DNA from: Firmicutes bacterium ZCTH02-B6
GTDB taxonomy: Bacteria > Bacillota > Limnochordia > Limnochordales > ZCTH02-B6
Length of the DNA stretch: 62,878 nucleotides
Assembly (NCBI GenBank): GCA_002159155.1
Contig: LZRQ01000119.1
Location: 1 to 62,878 of the forward strand
Direction: 5' to 3'
Under the pieces are notes generated by a model, which searched no databases, was not told where the DNA came from, and worked only from the letters and a program-made list of their open reading frames with translations. Shown in pieces: positions 45,744 through 54,546 of the stretch (position 1 is its first letter; every line of letters starts with the position of its first letter). Made by a program: the position numbers and the translations under genes.

Positions 45744-47492
45744 CTAGACGGCTTGCTCGAGCTCTTGCTCCAGGAGCTGGCGCCGGTACGTCTCCGCGTA
45801 TACACCGTCCAGCGCGAGGAGCTGTTCATGGGTGCCTTGCTCGACGATGCGGCCTTCGTCGAGGACGATGATGTGGTCGGCGTCCTTCACCGTGGAAATG
45901 CGGTGAGCGATGATGATGCTGGTGCGGCCGTGCATAACGCGCCGCAACTCCTGCAGAATCGCTTCTTCGGTCTGGGTGTCCACGGCCGACAGGCAGTCGT
46001 CAAAGATCAGGATGCTAGGATTTTTGACCAGCGCGCGGGCGATGCCCGTGCGCTGCTTCTGGCCACCCGACAACGTGACGCCTCGTTCGCCGACCATGGT
46101 TTCATACCCGTGGGGGAACGATAGAATGTCGTCGTGCAGACGGGCCTGCTTTGCCGCAGCCTCGATGGCCTCCTGAGGGAACTCGCCTCCGAAGCCGATG
46201 TTTTTGGCCACGGTGGTCGAAAACAGGAAATTGTCCTGCGGTACGTAGCCGATCTGGCGTCGCAGCGTTCGCAAGGGGATCCGCAAGATATCGTGTCCAT
46301 CGATGAAAACGGTACCCGGCGGCGGGTCAAACACCCGGACCAACAAGTTGGCCAGCGTTGTCTTGCCGCTGCCGGTGCGGCCCACAATCGCGAGGGTTTG
46401 ACCCGGCTCCACCACCACGCTGATATCCGACAAGGCCGGTTCCGGGGCGCCCGGGTACGTGAAGGTGAGGCCAAGGATTTCGATACGGCCGGTGAGGGTA
46501 TCCAAGGGAACGGCGTCGGGCGCGTCGACGATCTCCGGCTGCTCGTTGAAGATGACCCGCAGCCGCTCGATGGAAGCGCGCCCGCGCTGCAGCATGTTGA
46601 TGACCCACCCGACGGCCATCATTGGCCATGTCAGCATGCCCAGGTACATGTTAAAGGCAATGAAGTCGCCAAGGCTGATACGCCCGTAAATCACCAGGGA
46701 ACCTCCGTAGCCCACCACGATCACGACGCTCAAGGCCGACAGCAACTGCACCAGCGGGTGGAACATGCCCCACACCCGCACGAGCCGCATGTTGACGTCC
46801 ACGTTGAGCTGGTTGACCTCGCGGAATCGCGCGATCTCGGAGTCCTCCTGGGTAAACGCTTTCACGACCCGGATCCCGGCTAGGTTTTCCTGCACCCGGT
46901 CGGTCAGATCGGAAAAGGCTTCCTGGACACGGCGAAACCGGCGGTTGATCAGGCGGCCGAAGTAGGTCACCGTCAGGGCCAGAAACGGCAACGGCGCCAG
47001 CGCTAAGGCGGTCAGGCGCGGGTCGGTGGTGCGCAGGAGGATGATCAGGATCGCCGTCGTCATAAAAATCGCGTCGGTGGCCATCACCAGCCCCGGGCCG
47101 AAGGCCATGCGCACCGCGTTGATGTCGTTGGTGGCGTGAGCCATCAAGTCCCCGATCTTGTGCTCGATGAAGTAGCGCGGGGAAAGTGTCTGCAAGTGCG
47201 CGTACAGCTTGTTGCGGAGGTGATATTCGAGCAGCCGCGCCGTGCCCATGATGTTGATGCGCCATAAATACCGCCCCACGGCGATGATGACCGCCAGCCC
47301 GACGATGACGCCGCCGTACAGCCAGACGGCGCCGGCGCTGAGGCGTCCCGTGGGCAGTTGGTCCACGAATCGCCGCACCACTTGGGGTGTCACCAGTTGG
47401 AGGGCGTTGATGGCCAGCAGGCTCAACAAACCTGCGATGTAGCGCCATTTGTAGCGGAGCAGGAATTCACGGACCAGTGGGAAAGAAGTCAA
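45744..47492 (-). CDS. ABC exporter half-transporter (TMD-NBD), degenerate NBD partner
   Basis: Likely TTG start at 47492 after GGGAGA (the ORF extends to 47528). Walker A GRTGSGKTT, canonical signature LSGGQKQ, Walker B ILIFDDC with Asp at the catalytic Glu position. Confidence 0.88.
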   Translation of the reverse strand: MTSFPLVREFLLRYKWRYIAGLLSLLAINALQLVTPQVVRRFVDQLPTGRLSAGAVWLYGGVIVGLAVIIAVGRYLWRINIMGTARLLEYHLRNKLYAHLQTLSPRYFIEHKIGDLMAHATNDINAVRMAFGPGLVMATDAIFMTTAILIILLRTTDPRLTALALAPLPFLALTVTYFGRLINRRFRRVQEAFSDLTDRVQENLAGIRVVKAFTQEDSEIARFREVNQLNVDVNMRLVRVWGMFHPLVQLLSALSVVIVVGYGGSLVIYGRISLGDFIAFNMYLGMLTWPMMAVGWVINMLQRGRASIERLRVIFNEQPEIVDAPDAVPLDTLTGRIEILGLTFTYPGAPEPALSDISVVVEPGQTLAIVGRTGSGKTTLANLLVRVFDPPPGTVFIDGHDILRIPLRTLRRQIGYVPQDNFLFSTTVAKNIGFGGEFPQEAIEAAAKQARLHDDILSFPHGYETMVGERGVTLSGGQKQRTGIARALVKNPSILIFDDCLSAVDTQTEEAILQELRRVMHGRTSIIIAHRISTVKDADHIIVLDEGRIVEQGTHEQLLALDGVYAETYRRQLLEQELEQAV

Positions 47493-47612
47493 TGGGCTGC
47501 ATCTCCCATCGCAGCAGGACCTGCGCACCGGGCTTCGGGGCGCGCGGCTTCAGAGAGTACATTAACGCAACCGGCGATTTTTCGCAAGCGAACGAGCCGC
47601 GAGGTGGAATCC

Positions 47613-48983
47613 ATGAAGCAGGTACGGATCGGTGCCGCGCAGGGATTCTACGGCGACATCATCGAACCGGCGCTCGACTTGGCTGAGAAATCGGATGTGC
47701 AATACTTGTGTTTCGATTGCTTGGCGGAGCTGACGCTGGCCATTTTGCAAAAGGACCGCCAGCGGGATCCGTCGCTGGGCTACACCAAAGACATCGCGAT
47801 TACCGCCCGCACGCTGTTGCCATATGTCAGGCGCAAGGGAATCAAGCTCATCACCAACGCGGGTGGTCTCAACCCGGAAGGCGCCCGGCGGGAGATGATC
47901 CGCATCGCGCAAGAGATGGGTATCAAGGGGCTGCGCATTGCCATCGCGACCGGCGACGACATCCTGGACCGCCTGGACGAGCTGCAGGCGGCGGGCGTGG
48001 ATCTCTCGGACCGGGAAACCGGCCGTCCGTTGGCGGCCATCCGGGACCGGCTTCTGTTTGCCAACGCGTACCTGGGTGCTCAGCCCATCGTCGAGTGTTT
48101 GCGCCAAGGGGCTGATGTGGTTATCACCGGCCGCACAACGGACACGGCGCAATTTCTGGCGCCCCTTATCTATGAGTTCGGCTGGTGGGCCGACGATTGG
48201 GATCGCCTCGCCCAGGGGTTAGTTTTGGGCCACCTGATGGAGTGTTCGGGACAGGTGACCGGAGGCAACTTCAGCGGCGACTGGTGGAACGTTCCTGACC
48301 TGGACCGCATTGGATATCCCCTGGCCGAAGTCAACGAGGATGGGTCCTTTGTCCTCACGAAAGCGCCCGGCACCGGCGGGCGGGTCAGTGTGGACACCGT
48401 GCGGGAGCAGTTCCTCTACGAGATACATGACCCGGCGACGTACATCACGCCCGACGCGGTGGCGGATCTGACGGCCGTGCGTATCGAACAGGCGGGGCCC
48501 GACCGGGTGCGGGTGAGCGGGGCGAAAGGGCGGCCGGCGCCGCCCACCCTTAAAGTCGTCATGGGTTATCGCAATGGGTTTATGGGGTCCGGCATGATCG
48601 GGTTTGCTTGGCCGAAGGCCTTAACCAAAGCCCGCAGGGCCGCGGGGATCATTCGGCGCCAGCTGGACCGGATGGGCGTCCGGTACGAGGAGTTTTGGGT
48701 GGACTACCTGGGCGTCAACGCCCTCCATGGACCAGCGGCGCCGATTCCCGACGAGGATAAGGTTAATGAAGTTTTCCTGCGGGTTTCCATCAGGACCCAA
48801 GACCGGGAGCAGGCGGCGCGCCTGGGGCGGCTCTTCCCGCCGTTGGTGCTCAACGGGCCGCCTGGGGTAGCCATGATGCCCTTTGCCGCCCACACACGGG
48901 AGCTCATCGGCTTGTGGACGGCTCTCATTCCTCGCGAGCTGGTGGAGGAGCGGGTGCGGGTTTCCGTGGAGGAGGTGGCGTAA
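47613..48983 (+). CDS. AtuA-family protein, N-terminal DUF1446 part (function unknown)
   Basis: ATG 47613. MKQVRIGAAQGFYGDIIEPALDLAEKSDVQYLCFDCLAELTLAILQKDRQRDPSLGY, recognised as the DUF1446/AtuA N-terminal pattern. 456 aa. The upstream 85 codons of the ORF are rejected. Confidence 0.75.
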   Translation: MKQVRIGAAQGFYGDIIEPALDLAEKSDVQYLCFDCLAELTLAILQKDRQRDPSLGYTKDIAITARTLLPYVRRKGIKLITNAGGLNPEGARREMIRIAQEMGIKGLRIAIATGDDILDRLDELQAAGVDLSDRETGRPLAAIRDRLLFANAYLGAQPIVECLRQGADVVITGRTTDTAQFLAPLIYEFGWWADDWDRLAQGLVLGHLMECSGQVTGGNFSGDWWNVPDLDRIGYPLAEVNEDGSFVLTKAPGTGGRVSVDTVREQFLYEIHDPATYITPDAVADLTAVRIEQAGPDRVRVSGAKGRPAPPTLKVVMGYRNGFMGSGMIGFAWPKALTKARRAAGIIRRQLDRMGVRYEEFWVDYLGVNALHGPAAPIPDEDKVNEVFLRVSIRTQDREQAARLGRLFPPLVLNGPPGVAMMPFAAHTRELIGLWTALIPRELVEERVRVSVEEVA

Positions 48984-48989
48984 GCCGCC

Positions 48990-49349
48990 ATGGCGAAAGT
49001 GCAACTCAAGGACGTGGTGCTGGCCCGTTCGGGCGACAAGGGCGACACGTGCGACATCAGCGTCTTCGCCCCCAACGAGGCCGTATACGAACATTTGAAA
49101 CGCGTGCTGACCCCCGAAGTCGTCAAGGCCCATTTCGGTCCTTGGGTGCAGGGCGAGGTCGAATGCTTCGAGGTGCCCAATGTCCTGGCGCTCAAGTTTT
49201 TGTGCCACGGAGCGCTGGGAGGAGGAGCCAGCTCGTCGCTGCGCCTGGACAACCTGGGCAAGTGTTTTGGCTCCAACCTCATGCGGCTGGAGATTGACCT
49301 GCCGGACCACCTGCTGAATCAACTGCATGCGGGAGGCGAGGACCGTTGA
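48990..49349 (+). CDS. Small protein resembling the C-terminal domain of AtuA (possibly DUF4387)
   Basis: 119 aa with LKDVVLARSGDKGDTCDISVFA ... LALKFLCHGALGGGASSSLRLDNLGK. Starts 7 nt after the DUF1446 gene. Together the two ORFs total 575 aa, near the size I recall for single-chain AtuA. Confidence 0.6.
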   Translation: MAKVQLKDVVLARSGDKGDTCDISVFAPNEAVYEHLKRVLTPEVVKAHFGPWVQGEVECFEVPNVLALKFLCHGALGGGASSSLRLDNLGKCFGSNLMRLEIDLPDHLLNQLHAGGEDR

Positions 49350-49558
49350 CGCCAGTGACGGCGCCCATGACGGGAATCGTGTACCAACTGCCGGCTGCTG
49401 TCGGAACGACTGTCTCGGAGGGAGACAGCATTGCGATCTTGGAATCGATGAAGATGCACGTCCCGGTGCCGGCGCCCAAGGCGGGGCGGGTCAAAGAAAT
49501 CCGCGTCCAAGAGGGCGAGTTTGTGGAGGAAGGCGCCATCTTGGCCTTGATAGAGTGA
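49346..49558 (+). CDS. Stand-alone 70-aa biotinyl (biotin carboxyl carrier) domain protein
   Basis: Biotin/lipoyl hairpin fold pattern with ILESMKMHVPVPAP. Start overlaps the preceding stop. Confidence 0.8.
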   Translation: MTPVTAPMTGIVYQLPAAVGTTVSEGDSIAILESMKMHVPVPAPKAGRVKEIRVQEGEFVEEGAILALIE

Positions 49559-49604
49559 GGGGCCGCGGGCCCACACTCAACGGGCGGAGAGGACGTTCCT
49601 AAGG

Positions 49605-51131
49605 ATGGGGCAGACCGAACGCCTTTGGGCGGAAGTTGAACGCATCTCGGCCGGCGGACCGAGGCAGTACCACGAGAAGCTGCGGCAGCAGGGGAAGATG
49701 TTTGTCCGCGAGCGGCTGGCCAAGCTGCTGGATCCAGGCAGCTTCGTGGAAGATGGCCTACTGGCCCGCTGCGAGGATCCCGGTCTGCCGGCTGACGCGG
49801 TGGTGACGGGCATCGGGCGCATAAACGGGCGCACCGTTTGCATTATGGCGTCGGACGCCACGGTCAAAGCCGGCACCTGGGGCGCCCGCACCGTCGAGAA
49901 GATCGTCCGCATCCAAGAGCAGGCATTGAAATTCAACGTTCCCCTTTTGTACCTGGTGGACAGCGCTGGCGGGCGCATCACGGACCAGGTGGAGATGTTC
50001 CCCGGCCGGCGCCACGCCGGGCGAATCTTCTATAACCAGGTCAAAATGTCCGGACGGGTGCCTCAGGTGTGCGTTTTATTTGGACCGTCGCCCGCCGGCG
50101 CGGCATACTTGCCTGCGCTTTCCGATGTCGTCATCATGGTGGACGGCAACGCCAGCGCCTACCTGGGTTCGCCGCGCATGGCCGAGATGGTTATCGGTGA
50201 GAAAGTGGATCACGAGACGATGGGCGGCGCCCGCATGCACTGCACCGTCAGTGGTCTGGGAGACTTTCTCGCCGCCTCGGAGGACGAGGCCATCGAGCTG
50301 ATGAAGCGATACCTCTCCTATATGCCCGACAATTGGATGGGCGTCCCCCCGGCCGAGCCGCCGCAAGAACCCGACGGCACGGTGCCGTTGTCCTCCGTCG
50401 TGCCGCCGGACCAAAACACCCCATTCAACATGTACCGCTTCATCGACGGCCTGGTGGACGGGGGCAGCTTCTTCGAGATCAAGAAGGAATACGCTCCGGA
50501 ACTGATCACAGGCTTTGCTCGGCTCAACGGGCGGGTGATCGGCATTGTGGCCAACCAGCCTGCGGTCAAGGGCGGAGTGCTCTTTGTCGACTCGGCCGAC
50601 AAGGGCGCCAGGTTCATTTGGCTCTGCAACGCGTACAACATTCCGCTCTTATTCCTCGCGGACGTGCCCGGCTTCATGATCGGTTCACGGGTGGAGCGGC
50701 AAGGTATCATCCGCCACGGCGCTAAGATGATTTGCGCGGTGTCGGAGGCGACGGTGCCCAAAATCTCGGTCATCGTCCGCAAGGCGTACGGGGCGGGGCT
50801 GTACGCCATGGCCGGACCAGCTTTTGAGCCCGATGCCTGCATCGCGCTGCCGAGGGCCCAAATTGCCATCATGGGACCTGAGGCTGCGGTCAACGCCGTC
50901 TACTACAACAAGATCCAAGAGCTGCCCCAAGACGAGCGGCCGTCCTTCGTCGCCGCGAAGCGAGCGGAGTACGCGGCGGACATCGACATCTTCCGCCTGG
51001 CCTCCGAGCTCATCGTGGACGCTGTGGTGGATCCGGACCAGTTGCGCGCAGAGCTCATCCGCCGCTTCGCGGCCGCTGCGGGCAAAGCCGTCACTTTTAC
51101 GGAGCGGCGCTGTCCGGTGTACCCGGTTTAG
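49605..51131 (+). CDS. Acyl-CoA carboxyltransferase (carboxylase beta-subunit family)
   Basis: 508 aa with GKMFVRERLAKLLDPGSF, DSAGGRI, LADVPGFMIG. Second paralogue in the window. Confidence 0.88.
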   Translation: MGQTERLWAEVERISAGGPRQYHEKLRQQGKMFVRERLAKLLDPGSFVEDGLLARCEDPGLPADAVVTGIGRINGRTVCIMASDATVKAGTWGARTVEKIVRIQEQALKFNVPLLYLVDSAGGRITDQVEMFPGRRHAGRIFYNQVKMSGRVPQVCVLFGPSPAGAAYLPALSDVVIMVDGNASAYLGSPRMAEMVIGEKVDHETMGGARMHCTVSGLGDFLAASEDEAIELMKRYLSYMPDNWMGVPPAEPPQEPDGTVPLSSVVPPDQNTPFNMYRFIDGLVDGGSFFEIKKEYAPELITGFARLNGRVIGIVANQPAVKGGVLFVDSADKGARFIWLCNAYNIPLLFLADVPGFMIGSRVERQGIIRHGAKMICAVSEATVPKISVIVRKAYGAGLYAMAGPAFEPDACIALPRAQIAIMGPEAAVNAVYYNKIQELPQDERPSFVAAKRAEYAADIDIFRLASELIVDAVVDPDQLRAELIRRFAAAAGKAVTFTERRCPVYPV

Positions 51132-51153
51132 CTTGGAGTGATACCAGACGGCG

Positions 51154-52047
51154 GTGCTGATCACGGGGGCAGCGGGGTTTGTGGGCCGGCATGTGGCGGT
51201 GGGACTGCGCCAGGCAGGCTACGTCGTCCGCTGTTTGGTCCGGCCGGGGAGCGTTCGGCGGCTGCCGCGGCTAGCGGGCCTTGAGATCGCGGCTGTCGAC
51301 CTGCGGGCACCACAGGCGGTGCTCGCGCCGGCCCTGGCGGGCGTGCGGGTTGTCGTCCACGCAGCCGGTTTGCGGGCCCAACGCCCCTGGCGGGGAGAGA
51401 CGTTCGCAGCCGTACACGTGGACGCGACCGCCCGTCTCGTGGAGGCGGCGGAAGCGGCGGGCGTAGAGCGGTTTGTCCTTTTGAGCTGTCTAGGGGCTGC
51501 GCCCGACAGCGACCTCGCGTATCTGCGCAGCAAGGCACAGGCCGAGTCCATAGTCCAACAGAGCCGGCTGGCGTGGACTGTCCTGCGCTGCGGGCTCATC
51601 TACGGCCCCGGCGACGGCCGCGTCACCCGGCTGGCCCGGTGGATGCGGTGGTTTGGGAGGACGCCCGTGGTCGGCGACGGATTGTTCTTGGTGCAGCCCA
51701 TCGCCGTGGGAGACGTAGTGGCCGGCTGCGTGGCGGCGGCCGCCGGGCGGCTGGAGCAGCGTACGTTGTCGGCGGGGGGCCCAGACGTCCTGGCTTTCCG
51801 GGACATGGTGGAACTGCTGGCCGCGGCCATCGACCGGCGCCTGCCGCTCCTAAGGATACCGGTGGGCCCCGCCCGTCTGCTCGCGGCGGCCTGCCGCCTT
51901 AGCGGCGTCATCCCTTGGACGGCGGATGAGTTGCAGGTCATGATGCGGGGGTACACGTGCGACCCGCGGGAGTACTACGAGGCGGCCGGACTCGTGCGCC
52001 CGTTGCCGTTCAGTGCTGCGGTGCGCGCGTACCTGGGACCAAGCTAA
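51154..52047 (+). CDS. NAD(P)-binding Rossmann protein (NmrA / NDUFA9 / epimerase-like SDR)
   Basis: LITGAAGFVGRHV glycine motif and YLRSK catalytic-type motif. 297 aa. Confidence 0.8.
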   Translation: MLITGAAGFVGRHVAVGLRQAGYVVRCLVRPGSVRRLPRLAGLEIAAVDLRAPQAVLAPALAGVRVVVHAAGLRAQRPWRGETFAAVHVDATARLVEAAEAAGVERFVLLSCLGAAPDSDLAYLRSKAQAESIVQQSRLAWTVLRCGLIYGPGDGRVTRLARWMRWFGRTPVVGDGLFLVQPIAVGDVVAGCVAAAAGRLEQRTLSAGGPDVLAFRDMVELLAAAIDRRLPLLRIPVGPARLLAAACRLSGVIPWTADELQVMMRGYTCDPREYYEAAGLVRPLPFSAAVRAYLGPS

Positions 52048-52072
52048 CATGCAACAAGGAGGCGGTGCAACG

Positions 52073-52765
52073 ATGCGGATTCGGTATTTGGGCCACTCGG
52101 CGTTTGTCCTCGAAGCCGGCGGCAAACGGGTCGTGGTGGATCCGTTTTTGAGCGGCAATCCCCGCTGCCCGGTGAAACCGGAGGAGTTGGACGTGGACGG
52201 CATCGTGCTCACCCACGGCCACGCGGACCATGTGGGCGACGCTGTCGCCATCGCCAAGCGGACGGGAGCCATCATCGTTGCTCCCGTGGAGTTGGCGGGC
52301 TACATGGCCGGACAGGGTGCGCCCAGCGTGCACGGTATGAATTTTGGCGGCAGCCGGCAGTTTGATTTTGGCCACGTCAAGATGGTGCCGGCCTGGCACA
52401 GCTCGTCGCTGGACGGTCCGACCGGTCCGATCTACTTGGGAAACCCGGCTGGTTTCCTGATCACCATGGAAGGCGTCACCGTCTACCACGCCGGCGACAC
52501 AAGTCTTTTCGGCGACATGGAGCTCATCGGGCGCCGCCATCGCATTGACGTCGCGCTGCTGCCCATCGGTGACAATTACACCATGGGTCCTGAGGATGCC
52601 GTGTACGCCGCGGAGTTGATCAAGCCGCGCTACGTCATCCCGATGCATTACGGCACGTTCCCAGTTATCGAACAGGATCCCAACGCCTTCGCCCGGCTGG
52701 CGGAGGCAGCCGGCGTGAAATGCCAGGTACTCGCGCCGGGCCAAGAGTGGGTGGTTCCTGCCTGA
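52073..52765 (+). CDS. UPF0173-family MBL-fold metal-dependent hydrolase
   Basis: MRIRYLGHSAFVLEAGGKRVVVDPF ... LTHGHADHVGD. 230 aa from ATG 52073. Confidence 0.85.
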   Translation: MRIRYLGHSAFVLEAGGKRVVVDPFLSGNPRCPVKPEELDVDGIVLTHGHADHVGDAVAIAKRTGAIIVAPVELAGYMAGQGAPSVHGMNFGGSRQFDFGHVKMVPAWHSSSLDGPTGPIYLGNPAGFLITMEGVTVYHAGDTSLFGDMELIGRRHRIDVALLPIGDNYTMGPEDAVYAAELIKPRYVIPMHYGTFPVIEQDPNAFARLAEAAGVKCQVLAPGQEWVVPA

Positions 52766-52786
52766 CGGGCACAGTGCCGTGCGAGG

Positions 52787-52814
52787 GGGGGATGCATCCC
52801 CGGGTGCATCCCCC
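52787..52814 (+). terminator. Stem-loop after the UPF0173 gene
   Basis: GGGGGATGCA / TGCATCCCCC 10-bp stem with an 8-nt loop, followed by GTTGCTTG (weak U-tract). Confidence 0.5.
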
Positions 52815-52876
52815 GTTGCTTGTGGAACCGGCTTCTTGGACAAGCTGATGTGCTCTCACGCTAGGAGGACGCTGTC

Positions 52877-53884
52877 ATGGCCCAGGCCGCGCACATCGCG
52901 CTCGCATGCATTCAGGCCAAGGTGAGCCTGGACGACTACTTGACGGTCGAAAGGTTCCAGAGCCTCGTGGACCGTCTGATGCGCCAGGCGGCGGCGGTGA
53001 TGCCCGACGATGTGCCTCGCCTAGTTGTCTTCCCAGAGGACTTTGCTTCCGGCTGCATCTTTGCGGGTGAGGCCGACGTCTTGCCCCAAGGAGGAGGCTT
53101 GCGCGCGGCCGTAGCGGCCCTGGTCAGGAGGCACTTTGCGGGGGTCATGACCCAGAGGCTTAAGCACCGGGTCGGGTGGGTGCGGGCGCTGGCTCTGCAC
53201 CGGGCTGCCACGGTGGCGGAGATCTACTTTGACACCTTTGCCGCAGCGGCGCGGCGTTACGGGACGTACGTGCTAGGCGGTACGGTGCTGTTGCCGAGGC
53301 TTGACGACAAGCGCCAGCCCAAGGGCAGCGACGTATACAACACGGCCTACCTGTTTGGGCCGGATGGGAAGGTCATCGGCGCGCAGCGCAAGGCGTTTCT
53401 TATAGAGTTGGAGGGGCCGGAAGGGCTAGATCTGGCGACGGGCTCGGTGGAAGAGCTGACCGCCTGGGACACCGAGCTCGGCCGCATCGCAGTTGCCGTC
53501 TGTTTCGACGCTTTCCAGGAACCTGTCATCGAGCGGCTCGCGGCCTTGAATCCGGACATTTTGCTGCAGCCCTCGGCCAATCCGCAGCCATGGAACGACT
53601 GGCAGCAGGAGGACTGGCTAAGGGGAAGCTGGCATGCCGTGTGCCAGCGAGGCATCGCTCGCTACGGCGTAAATCCCATGCTGGTCGGAAGCCTCCTGGA
53701 CATTTCCTTCGAAGGCCAGTCCGCCATCTTGGACCGAGAGCTCGCGCGCACGCAAGCCGAGCCTTTGCCCGCGCAAGCCCCGGGCTACGCGGCGCTGGCG
53801 CCGCGCCCGGGCTTCGTCCAGGTAGCGGGCAGCTGGACGGAGGAGGAGGTCCTGGTGGTGACGTTGCCGCACCCGGCGCGCTAA
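52877..53884 (+). CDS. Carbon-nitrogen hydrolase (nitrilase superfamily) protein
   Basis: 335 aa with candidate Glu-Lys-Cys triad contexts VVFPEDF, AQRKAFL and AVAVCFDAF. Confidence 0.8.
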   Translation: MAQAAHIALACIQAKVSLDDYLTVERFQSLVDRLMRQAAAVMPDDVPRLVVFPEDFASGCIFAGEADVLPQGGGLRAAVAALVRRHFAGVMTQRLKHRVGWVRALALHRAATVAEIYFDTFAAAARRYGTYVLGGTVLLPRLDDKRQPKGSDVYNTAYLFGPDGKVIGAQRKAFLIELEGPEGLDLATGSVEELTAWDTELGRIAVAVCFDAFQEPVIERLAALNPDILLQPSANPQPWNDWQQEDWLRGSWHAVCQRGIARYGVNPMLVGSLLDISFEGQSAILDRELARTQAEPLPAQAPGYAALAPRPGFVQVAGSWTEEEVLVVTLPHPAR

Positions 53885-54546
53885 ATGCCCCGCAGCACCC
53901 CCAGGGTCAGCAGTGACAGCAGTACCCCTAAGCCAAAGATAACGCTGAGGGTGACGATCAGGTCCACCGCCAGTACTGCGACGGCGCGCCCCGTGCCAAA
54001 GCCGTACGTTTCCCGGAGGGCAATCACGGTTAGTCCGAGGGACCACGCGAGCGCGACGACTAGGGCGAGCAGGTAGATGAGCGGGAGGTCCGCCAGGTGG
54101 GCGACGACGGCAAAGGGCGCGACGAGTAAGGTGGGCAGGGCGGCGAAACCCATGGCCTGAAGGAGCTGACGGTAGCTGTTTTGCCCGCCGAAAAGGCGCG
54201 CGATGATATGCATGGGCACCGCCGCTACGATCAGCCCGATGATGTTGAAGATAGAATCGCCGACCACGCTACCCACGGTGGGCGGCGCCGTCTCCCGCAG
54301 GCCGCCCAAGTCAGCTGTGAAGGGCAGCGATGGGGCAAGGTTCAATGGTACTTGGGAGAGGGTGTATACGGCAAGTCCGAGGAGTAGATAACGGCGTTGT
54401 GCCATATACCTGAAAGCGTCGGCGGGCTGCGCCAGCACATCCAGCACGAGGGACAGGCCCCCCCGTGGTCCGGTTCGCGTTTCGATCTGCACAACAGCTC
54501 CCCCCTTGTCACCGGCCGCAATCAATAGCGCAGGCGATATCCCCAT
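53881..54546 (-). CDS. Yip1-family integral membrane protein
   Basis: 221 aa with five hydrophobic helices after a ~45-aa N-terminal region, a Yip1-like topology. Assignment is by pattern only. Confidence 0.6.
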   Translation of the reverse strand: MGISPALLIAAGDKGGAVVQIETRTGPRGGLSLVLDVLAQPADAFRYMAQRRYLLLGLAVYTLSQVPLNLAPSLPFTADLGGLRETAPPTVGSVVGDSIFNIIGLIVAAVPMHIIARLFGGQNSYRQLLQAMGFAALPTLLVAPFAVVAHLADLPLIYLLALVVALAWSLGLTVIALRETYGFGTGRAVAVLAVDLIVTLSVIFGLGVLLSLLTLGVLRGI

